A DNA stretch of 63,351 bases, the filler included, from an uncultured bacterium (GTDB lineage: Bacteria > B130-G9), in assembly GCA_965372715.1 (NCBI GenBank). It is 5 parts of 5 records of this genome, joined end to end, with 100 filler letters (N's around TTAATTAATTAA, not from the genome) between each part and the next. Parts side by side here need not be neighbours in the genome. Positions count along the whole stretch, not along the records: positions 45,270 to 59,606 come from CBDVDH010000074.1; positions 59,707 to 63,351 come from CBDVDH010000099.1; 3 more parts are not named here. One strand, given 5' to 3'. Each line of letters opens with the position of its first letter. Positions within the stretch are counted from its first letter, which is position 1. This document shows, in pieces, positions 55,962 to 63,351 of the stretch. The notes under the pieces were generated by a model that was given only the letters and a program-made list of their open reading frames with translations, had not been told where the DNA came from and made no database searches. Made by a program: the position numbers and the translations under genes.

Positions 55962-58190
55962 CTACTGTCCCTTTTTCCCTTTCTCCCTTTCTCCTTTTTT
56001 CCCCTTCCTAAAGACCAGCTGGGCCAGCCCTTTCATTATTCCGAGGCCGTAGCCAAAGTGCATCAGGAAAAAGCAGACTGGAAACAGCGCGGCCGCCCCG
56101 GGTCTGCTCTGAAGCTCAATCCCCTTCCGGCGAGCGAACACAAGGCCAAAGGCAATTGATAACAGCACGTATGCCAGCGCGGCTGCAAGATAGACGAGCA
56201 TTTCCACGCTTGAGGCCCAGAAGAGGCGCGCCAAGACGGCAAACACAGCTAGGGTGAACAGGAGCGGCAGGTAGTAGTAAGCCCGCAGCAGGCGAGGGTG
56301 CAGGTAGAAGACGAAGACCTTTGACCAGCCCATTGCCACGAACTGCCTGAAAAGCCTGCGAAGCGAGGACCTGCTGAAGTAGCGCGTCTTTATCTCAGGC
56401 GAGTAGTAGATCTTGAGGCCGCTTTCGACCATACGAAAGTTGAACTCCGCGTCCTGGCCTTTGTAAAGCGACTCGTCAAATCCGCCGATCTTCTCGAAGA
56501 CCTCGCGCCTGTAAGCGCCGAACGGCACGGTGTTGACGTAGCCTGGCTTGTCGCTGTATCTGAAGCCCGCCCCGCCTGAGCCGAAGGGACAGTTCTGCGC
56601 CACGTTGATCACGTTCGCCAAGAGCGTATCGGAACTTCCGTGAATCAGAGTCCCGCCGACGCAATCAGCTGCCGTCCGCTCAAGCACCTCGAGGCTCTTC
56701 GTGAGAAAATCCGGAAAGACTGCGCTGTGAGCGCCGAGAATGATGATTACATCCCCCCTTGCCGCCTCAACGCCCATGTTAAGCGCAACCGGCGTGATCC
56801 GACGAGAGTTTTTGAGAACCCGACCGTTCCCCATCTGGCAAAGCAGCGCCTCGGCGCGTTCGGCCGAGCCATCCTCGCTCATCCCATCAACAACGATGAT
56901 CTCGAACTCCTCTTTCGGTAGATCGTTGGCGGCAAGAGCTCTCAGGTTCGCCTCGATGCTCTCCTGCTCGTTCCGCATCGGAATCACAACCGAGACAATC
57001 GGATTGTGGATTGCGGATTGTGGATTGTGGATTGCGGATTGAACCTTCCCCTTTGTCCTTTTCTCCGTTTCTCCGTTTCTCCCCTTTCCCCTCTCCAACC
57101 TCGAATACAGGTCCAAGAGCTTCTCCTCCTCGATTGCCCAGTTGTATTTCTCCTCAAATAGCCGACGCCCGATGTCGCCCATCGAGGTGAGGCGATCAGG
57201 GTCGCCCGCGAGTTCGTCAACAGCGCCGGCAATCGCCTTTGGGTCTTTCGGATCGACGCAAAGGCCGCAGCCCGCCTTCTCGATCATATCCGGCCAGACC
57301 GAGAAGTTGGATGTTACGATCGGAAGCCGTGCGGCCATGTAATCGAAGACCTTTGTGCCCAGCATCTCGTCGTGGCTCGGCGCCGGCAAGACGCAGTTCA
57401 TGCCGATGTCCGCGTCGTGCAGGTAATCGAAAACCCTATCGAGCGGCGCCCAGCCCAGATAGCGGACATTGGGCCGGCCGGTGAGCACCGTCTCTTTGAA
57501 ACCATCACTGTGGAACTTCCCGGCAAGCAATAGCTCCGCCGGCGTCTTGATGTAGTCCAGCGCCTCAACAAGACTCGATACGCCCCGCATCTTCGTCAGA
57601 CTCCCGACGTAAATAAGCCGCAAGGGACGGCTCCCGTCAAACACTCGCCTCGGCCTGTCCGGAAACAGCGGGAAGTAGTTCCTGATGAGAACGGAATTGG
57701 GGGTTGTGAATCGCTTCATCGCGTAAGGCTCGGCCACAATCGCGGCGGCGAATCGGCGAACTGCAATCATCTCCAGCTTGCCGAACAGCCAGGCCAAGGG
57801 CCTTTTCAGCGGATCGGGGAGCCAGCGCTTCTTGACGAGCGTCTTCTGCACGTCCTCATGGACGTCATAGACTACCTTGCATTTGCCCACGAAGTTCAGC
57901 CAAAGGCCTAGCGGCACGAGGTCCGGATCGTGGAAATGGAAAACGTCCGGCCGAACCTGACGAAAGCACTTGTGAATCTGCCTGTGCGCCCTGACCATCC
58001 CGAGGAGCTTGCCGCCTTTCCGCTCAAATGGATGCAGCCGGACACCTCTTGCCGTCGTCTCAGTATCGCCCGCTGAGGCGCCAACGGCGACGAGATGAAC
58101 ATCGTATCGTTTCCCGAGCGAGGCAGCCTCTTTGTGAAAGACCCGAGGGTCATCGACAGAATGCAGAGAACTGGCCACGAGTATTCTCAT
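55962..58190 (-). CDS. Fused GT4 plus GT2 (ExoA-like) glycosyltransferase
   Basis: N-half: DDPRVF, YDVHE, YVGSL, KVFDYMAA (GT4). C-half: VSVVIPMRNE, VDGMSED, VPFGAYRR, QDAEFN plus TMs (GT2). Confidence 0.9.
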   Translation of the reverse strand: MRILVASSLHSVDDPRVFHKEAASLGKRYDVHLVAVGASAGDTETTARGVRLHPFERKGGKLLGMVRAHRQIHKCFRQVRPDVFHFHDPDLVPLGLWLNFVGKCKVVYDVHEDVQKTLVKKRWLPDPLKRPLAWLFGKLEMIAVRRFAAAIVAEPYAMKRFTTPNSVLIRNYFPLFPDRPRRVFDGSRPLRLIYVGSLTKMRGVSSLVEALDYIKTPAELLLAGKFHSDGFKETVLTGRPNVRYLGWAPLDRVFDYLHDADIGMNCVLPAPSHDEMLGTKVFDYMAARLPIVTSNFSVWPDMIEKAGCGLCVDPKDPKAIAGAVDELAGDPDRLTSMGDIGRRLFEEKYNWAIEEEKLLDLYSRLERGKGRNGETEKRTKGKVQSAIHNPQSAIHNPIVSVVIPMRNEQESIEANLRALAANDLPKEEFEIIVVDGMSEDGSAERAEALLCQMGNGRVLKNSRRITPVALNMGVEAARGDVIIILGAHSAVFPDFLTKSLEVLERTAADCVGGTLIHGSSDTLLANVINVAQNCPFGSGGAGFRYSDKPGYVNTVPFGAYRREVFEKIGGFDESLYKGQDAEFNFRMVESGLKIYYSPEIKTRYFSRSSLRRLFRQFVAMGWSKVFVFYLHPRLLRAYYYLPLLFTLAVFAVLARLFWASSVEMLVYLAAALAYVLLSIAFGLVFARRKGIELQSRPGAAALFPVCFFLMHFGYGLGIMKGLAQLVFRKGKKGEREKGKKGQ
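57001..57092. repeat. Heptamer (GGATTGY)x6 and octamer TTTCTCCG repeats forming the GT4-GT2 linker
   Basis: Translates as GKGRNGETEKRTKGKVQSAIHNPQSAIHNP. Confidence 0.85.
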
Positions 58191-58249
58191 TGCGGCACGA
58201 TTTGAGCGAGACCTTGCTCTCGAATAAGGACCCTGACGCTACGCACAAT

Positions 58250-59470
58250 TCACCTGGGCTTCAGCTTCAGCAGTGTGGGAGCAACCAGAACGATAAGTCG
58301 CGTCAACCACGGGCCAACGAGGGTCTGAAGGATGTGTCTCGTCCTCGCATCCGGGGGAAGCTTTCCGCCAAGAAAGCACAAGGCGCGCAGGAACCACCAT
58401 CTGGCGGCAAACCCTCGCTGATTGAGAAACGCTCGCCTAGAAAACGCGAAGGCGAGTGCAGCCTCTTTAGCCCTTTTGCCGTGGGTGAGTCGAAGTTCAG
58501 GCTCATCGCGAGCCACGAACGAGGATACTCTCTCCCAGACTTCTGAGAATTGCGGGGACCAGTTAGGGTCGGGCAGCGGGAACGTGAGGTCGAAGTAATA
58601 TAGAACCAGCGCCCAGCTTTCGTATCGCTCAAAGAGGGCCGGATCACACTTCAGAGCAGTCCTGAACGTTTCCTGAGCCTTGCCGGTGTCCTCGTCTATT
58701 GCATGTCCGCAGCCGGTTTTTAGCCAAGTCATCGCCAGATGTTCATTGCGGACGCTCTCAGGGATGTCGTCTGCCATCGCCTCGAAATGCCTCTTGAGGG
58801 CCACGATGTGCATTCTCGATTGCTCTGCCGGATTGCCGGAGAGACTTCCCATTCTGATTCTGTAAGAAGTGACAACATCCCTGTGCGGCATGAATACGCA
58901 ACCGGCGGCCCAGAGCTTAAAGCGCAGGTCCGTGTCCATGGCCCACCTCATCTGGCCGTCAAAACCACCCACCTTCTCCAAAAACTCGCGACGAACCATG
59001 AACGAAGACGTCTGATACGTCGGCGGGAATGGCCCCTTGCTTCTATCACTGACTGATCGCTCGACTCGCATCACCTTGATTACGCTGCCGTCTCTCTCGC
59101 TTATCGCGTGGCATACGCCGTAAACGAGGCCGGCTTCTGGGTGCTTGTCCAGAAGCTCAGCTTGAATCTCTGACTTGTCCGGCATGAATACATCGTCGGA
59201 GTCGAGAAAAGACAAGTAGTCGCCCCGGCTGGCCCGGATGCCAGTGTTTCGCGAGCCCCCGGCGCCCTGGTTCTCCTGAGTGACTACTTTGATCTTCCCC
59301 TCATATCGCTTGAGAATATCCGGGGTCCTGTCGGTAGAACCGTCATCGACGACGATTACTTCGATATCCGAATACTCCTGCGCGAGCGCGCTCTCCATCG
59401 CATCGGCAACGTAGGTCTCGTCGTTATAGACGGGGATGATGATACTGACCTTGGGTCGGCTGGCTCTCAT
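58250..59470 (-). CDS. Glycosyltransferase family 2
   Basis: VSIIIPVYN, VDDGSTD, SRNTGI, FLDSDD, GGFD. Confidence 0.9.
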   Translation of the reverse strand: MRASRPKVSIIIPVYNDETYVADAMESALAQEYSDIEVIVVDDGSTDRTPDILKRYEGKIKVVTQENQGAGGSRNTGIRASRGDYLSFLDSDDVFMPDKSEIQAELLDKHPEAGLVYGVCHAISERDGSVIKVMRVERSVSDRSKGPFPPTYQTSSFMVRREFLEKVGGFDGQMRWAMDTDLRFKLWAAGCVFMPHRDVVTSYRIRMGSLSGNPAEQSRMHIVALKRHFEAMADDIPESVRNEHLAMTWLKTGCGHAIDEDTGKAQETFRTALKCDPALFERYESWALVLYYFDLTFPLPDPNWSPQFSEVWERVSSFVARDEPELRLTHGKRAKEAALAFAFSRRAFLNQRGFAARWWFLRALCFLGGKLPPDARTRHILQTLVGPWLTRLIVLVAPTLLKLKPR

Positions 59471-59606
59471 TACATTAGCACCCGACTTCAGTCGGGTGGT
59501 TTGAGAACGCCGAGGCCCTCCCTCCTCCCTCTCTTCACGCCTCATCTGAGGAGGATGGAGGGGAGGGGGCTGGCCGCCCCGAATCCCCCATCTGAAGATG
59601 GGGGTT

Positions 59607-59706
59607 NNNNNNNNNNNNNNNNNNNNNNNNNNNNNNNNNNNNNNNNNNNNTTAATTAATTAANNNNNNNNNNNNNNNNNNNNNNNNNNNNNNNNNNNNNN
59701 NNNNNN
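59607..59706. other. Artificial contig linker
   Basis: N44-TTAATTAATTAA-N44. Confidence 0.99.
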
Positions 59707-59821
59707 CTACGATGCCGGACACCAACTGGTGGGGCAGCCTCTTGACATGACGACCTATTGAGGCACGATCATCGTCCACTTGACACACAACAACAAAGCC
59801 CAAAGGGCCTGAGGGGTGCTA

Positions 59822-61153
59822 ATGGCAAGAAAACGAGTGCTGATTATGGGTGCTGCTGGAAGGGACTTCCACGACTTCAACGTCCATTTCAGGGGCAACG
59901 AGGAGTTCGAGGTTGTCTGTTTCACGGCCACGCAGATACCTGACATAGAAGGCAGGAAATACCCGGCGGAGCTCGCTGGGGAGCTATATCCGGACGGGAT
60001 TCAGATCTACGCCGAGGAAGAGCTCGAGAAACTGGTCAGGGAAAAGAGAATCGACGTCGTCTGCTTCTCTTACAGCGACATCACGCACGAGCACGTAATG
60101 CACTGCGCATCCCGCGTCATGGCAGCAGGCGCTGATTTCATGCTCCTGGGCGCCCAAAGCAGCATGTTGAAGATCGAAAAACCGCTAGTCTCGATATGCG
60201 CCGTTCGGACCGGTTCCGGCAAAAGCCAGACGACTCGAAGGGTGAGCGAGATACTTCGCAAGCACGGCAAAAAGGTCGCCATAGTCCGGCACCCTATGCC
60301 ATACGGGGACTTGGCGAAACAGGCCGTGCAGCGCTTTGGCAGCCTCGAGGACTTGGTGAAACATGGCTGCACGATCGAAGAACGCGAGGAATACGAACCT
60401 CACATAAACCGTGGGAATGTCGTCTTTGCAGGCGTGGATTACGCGAAGATATTCGAGGCAGCCCAAAAGGAAGCGGACATCATCCTCTGGGATGGCGGCA
60501 ACAACGATATTCCTTTCGCAAGCCCCGATCTGCACATCGTCGTTCTTGACCCGCATCGGGCCGGCCACGAGCTCAAATACCACCCTGGGGAGACCAACCT
60601 TAGGATGGCGTGCGTGCTGGTCGTCAACAAAGTTGTAACCGCAAGGCCCCAGGACATCGAGGCGGTGCTCGACACGGCCGCGAAGACCAACCCCAAAGCT
60701 AAGATCGTCATGGCCGCCTCTCCCTTGTTTGTTGAGAAACCAGACTTGATCCGCGGGAAGCGCGTCCTTTGCGTCGAGGACGGCCCCACGGTCACGCACG
60801 GCGAGATGAAATACGGCGCTGCGGTCGTTGCGGCAAGGCACTACGGCGCGAGCGAGATCGTTGACCCAAGGCCGTATTGCGTCGATACAATCCGCGCGAC
60901 GTTCGACAAATACCCCGGTATCGGGAACCTCCTGCCGGCGATGGGTTACTCCGACAAGCAGATCAAGGACCTGGAGGACACGATCAACAGGACGCCTTGC
61001 GACGCCGTTCTGATCGGAACTCCAATCGACCTGGGCAAGCTCGTCAAGATCGACAAGCCCGCGCTCCGCGTCCGCTACGAGCTCCAGGAGATCGGCTCAC
61101 CGACACTCGATGACATATTAACGGAGTTCCTCGCCTCGCTTCAAGAAGCCTAA
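59822..61153 (+). CDS. COG2403 P-loop protein (annotated cDPG synthetase-like/GTPase); probable arginine synthetase ArcE type
   Basis: GAAGRDFHDFN, TATQIP, RTGSGKSQ, RHPMPYG, EEREEYEPH, WDGGNND, EDGPT, LPAMGY. Confidence 0.85.
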   Translation: MARKRVLIMGAAGRDFHDFNVHFRGNEEFEVVCFTATQIPDIEGRKYPAELAGELYPDGIQIYAEEELEKLVREKRIDVVCFSYSDITHEHVMHCASRVMAAGADFMLLGAQSSMLKIEKPLVSICAVRTGSGKSQTTRRVSEILRKHGKKVAIVRHPMPYGDLAKQAVQRFGSLEDLVKHGCTIEEREEYEPHINRGNVVFAGVDYAKIFEAAQKEADIILWDGGNNDIPFASPDLHIVVLDPHRAGHELKYHPGETNLRMACVLVVNKVVTARPQDIEAVLDTAAKTNPKAKIVMAASPLFVEKPDLIRGKRVLCVEDGPTVTHGEMKYGAAVVAARHYGASEIVDPRPYCVDTIRATFDKYPGIGNLLPAMGYSDKQIKDLEDTINRTPCDAVLIGTPIDLGKLVKIDKPALRVRYELQEIGSPTLDDILTEFLASLQEA

Positions 61154-61207
61154 CCACAAATGAACACGAGGAAGAAGTAGCCACGAATGGGTTAAGGGGC
61201 AGCCATA

Positions 61208-61332
61208 TCTTCGTGTGTCTTCGTGGATGAGACATCTAATAGAACCCGGATCCACGAAGGACACTAAGGAGCACGAAGGGAAGGTGGAATCAGCTTATGC
61301 CCTTATTCGTGTTTATTCGTGCTCATTCGTGG
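61208..61332. repeat. Second copy of the 125-bp CACGAA-repeat element
   Basis: Inverted match to 45884-46008; lies between convergent genes. Confidence 0.9.
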
Positions 61333-61362
61333 TTTCCTGCTCCACGTCCTTCGTGGATGCCC

Positions 61363-63075
61363 TCAGTCCACACCCCAGACCGAGATGTCCAGCTCCGAAA
61401 AGATCGGGTTGGTCGTCTCACACGTCTGAAGATAGACGCGATCGCCATGTTCGAGCTGGCGCGAATCCGCGTATCGCTCCACGATTTGGGCAAGCCTCCC
61501 GAAATTGGCATCGTGTTCCACAAATCGCTGTTCCGCATAGTCCCTCGCCGACCAAGTGCTGATCAGAAACTGCCAGTCAGAGCTCTCCAAGAGAAGCAGC
61601 TCACGCCCAAGCTGCGTCAGAATGCGCCTCATTGTCGGCTCATCGTCATTTCCGTGCTCTTGGATCAGCCGCTTCATCATGGCCTCGGCCCGATACACGT
61701 GGCGCCACGTCCACTCGGTGTCCTTGTTCAGCCATATAAAGTGGAACCCCCCCTCGCCCCACGAACCTTCGGGGAGATCGACGACTGTCTCCGGCGGGTA
61801 TTTGTGCAAGTACTCCCCACACGTAATCAACGAGACGTCATTCGACTGGTGCGCCGCTTTCGCCAGGTGATAAATCCACCTCGTCCCCTCAAACCACCAG
61901 TGCCCGAACAGCTCTGCATCGAACGGTGCACACACGACTCCGGGGCGGCCACCGTCCTTGGCCGCGCTTTTTAGGTTCGCCTCCACGAGGCCGACGAAAT
62001 GCGCTGCGTGTTCCTTCAGGCGAGCCTCAATGGTTTCAGGGTCATAGGGCATTTTGTCGCCGAGATCGACATTCGCGCCGGTCACGCGCCAGTACCTATG
62101 CCCGCCCGGAAAGTGCTTCTTATGAAAATCAAGATACTCAGGGGAGCCCGGATAGCCCCACTCACCGCTCCAGACTTGCAGGCCGGTCTTGGGGTCGCGC
62201 GCAAAGACAGCCACCTGCGCCTCGCCGGAGGTCGAGCCGACCCAGTGGAGGTCGTATGGCGAGAGGTCCTCTTTCTGAGGCCTCGGCACGTATTCCTTCT
62301 CAATCTGCGTCCAGAGCCGTTTTAGGGCATCAAAACGTGCCAAGTAGGTCCCGATTGGCTTTCCGCCCTGCAACAGGTGCGCATCGACGAAAGAATACTG
62401 AAACCCGTTCTTCGCGACGTAGTGCTCAACGCCTCTTCTGACTCGCGGGGCATCATCACCGAACTCAGCGACCGGCGGACTCCAACGGTAGCCCGGTCGA
62501 TACGCGCACTCAGGAAGCCACATCCCGACCGGGGCACGGCCGAAGAACTTCTCGTAATTGGCCTTGCCCACCGCGATCTGCGCGTCGATGTCGCTGTCCT
62601 CGTACAGCAACGGGAGATAACCATGCGTCGCCGCACACGTAATCATCTCAATGTGGCCGCCATCCTGGAGTCTCCTGAACGCGCCGACGAGGTCCTTGTC
62701 ATAGGTCTCCAAGAAGGCCCGCTTGATCCCGATGTAATAATCGCGCCACATCTCCGCAAGTCCCGCCCTATGGCTTAGCCCCGTACGCCTGAACTCATCG
62801 GCGTTCACAATTGCGCTTTCGATCTTAAGCCTGACGTAGTTGGTAAACGCCCCGACAAAGGCCGGGTCCGCCAGCTGCTCGCACAGCACCGGCGTCAGCC
62901 CGATCGTAAACTTCGGCGAGATGCCCTCCGAGACCAGCCTGTCGCACACGTCCAGGAGCGGAATATACGTCTCCGCGCAGCATTCGTTCAGCCAGTCCGC
63001 GCCGTGCGGCCACACGCCGTGCGTTAGCACGTAAGGAAGATGAGCGTGTAATACAATTGCAAGATGTCCCTTCAT
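61363..63075 (-). CDS. GH57 1,4-alpha-glucan branching enzyme (DUF1957)
   Basis: HAHLPYV, ETYIPLL, ATHGYLP, WLPECAY, PFDAELFGHWWFEG, SSDWQF. Confidence 0.95.
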   Translation of the reverse strand: MKGHLAIVLHAHLPYVLTHGVWPHGADWLNECCAETYIPLLDVCDRLVSEGISPKFTIGLTPVLCEQLADPAFVGAFTNYVRLKIESAIVNADEFRRTGLSHRAGLAEMWRDYYIGIKRAFLETYDKDLVGAFRRLQDGGHIEMITCAATHGYLPLLYEDSDIDAQIAVGKANYEKFFGRAPVGMWLPECAYRPGYRWSPPVAEFGDDAPRVRRGVEHYVAKNGFQYSFVDAHLLQGGKPIGTYLARFDALKRLWTQIEKEYVPRPQKEDLSPYDLHWVGSTSGEAQVAVFARDPKTGLQVWSGEWGYPGSPEYLDFHKKHFPGGHRYWRVTGANVDLGDKMPYDPETIEARLKEHAAHFVGLVEANLKSAAKDGGRPGVVCAPFDAELFGHWWFEGTRWIYHLAKAAHQSNDVSLITCGEYLHKYPPETVVDLPEGSWGEGGFHFIWLNKDTEWTWRHVYRAEAMMKRLIQEHGNDDEPTMRRILTQLGRELLLLESSDWQFLISTWSARDYAEQRFVEHDANFGRLAQIVERYADSRQLEHGDRVYLQTCETTNPIFSELDISVWGVD

Positions 63076-63225
63076 CACGTGTTTTCCTCTCAAATACGTT
63101 TGGCGCCTCGCGCCCAAAAGCGCCTCGACTCTAACCCATTTGCAGAAAACATGAACCCAGAACGTCGTGTGAAACTACAGCGAGCGCAAAGGGCGTCGAT
63201 GTGGGGCCGAAGGCCGAAGATTCAC

Positions 63226-63351
63226 CGCGCGGCGAATGCCAAGTGGGCCGACGGTGTGCAGCGGGCTTTCCAGCCTGCCCGTCTCTGCGTCTCAGCCCAA
63301 GGCGAGCTCCCTTTGGGTGCGAGCCGGCCAGCCGCATTCACGGGTAAAAGG
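63226..63351. repeat. Second copy of the 126-bp dispersed element (runs off the window)
   Basis: Direct match to 27352-27477. Confidence 0.9.

Noticed and set aside
59471-59545. N-terminal extension MRREEREEGG.. of the GT2
   Set aside because: Derived from a purine/pyrimidine inverted repeat; the domain starts near MRASRPKVSII.
1-63351. rRNA, tRNA, transposase, integrase or prophage genes
   Set aside because: None recognised by eye; tRNAscan-SE and Infernal would be needed to exclude small RNAs.

Overview
This window is not one continuous locus. It is five unrelated ~15-kb contigs of a GC-rich, probably anaerobic, diderm bacterial draft genome or MAG, joined by artificial N44-TTAATTAATTAA-N44 linkers at 15504, 30396, 45170 and 59607. 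Contig 1 carries a DUF1998 helicase, a geranylgeranyl reductase-like protein, a PHP protein, a dGTPase, two GT2s, a non-Cys Thi4, murJ, ogt, a PIG-L deacetylase and a RACo/ASKHA protein. Contig 2 is a Wzy-type polysaccharide export/initiation cluster: REC-degenerate GGDEF, beta-barrel, short OPX, PCP, a BY-kinase with an L7/L12-CTD-like N-terminus, CapD, two GT2s and a WcaJ-like PGT, followed by a beta-propeller protein. Contig 3 has GT9, proS, a second dGTPase, decayed toxin-antitoxin genes, a domain-swapped ADP-forming acyl-CoA synthetase and cysK. Contig 4 has mtnA, a Spy/TolC/MacAB/ECF-anti-sigma/Spy module and a GT4-GT2 fusion. Contig 5 has an ArcE-like (COG2403) gene and a GH57 branching enzyme. 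The most notable signals are three. (i) A self-contained ECF regulon can be read from the DNA, with GTTAAAC-N17-TGTCT exact at three promoters plus a sigma54 site. (ii) Small repeats are dense (GTAG REP/REPINs, 7-10-nt tandem repeats in facing pairs, 97-126-bp dispersed elements); they have entered coding sequence, supply a stop codon and form the linker of a fused glycosyltransferase. (iii) The EPS cluster appears to have a c-di-GMP control layer. No rRNA, tRNA, CRISPR array or transposase was seen. All product calls come from motif recognition by eye; no database searches were run.
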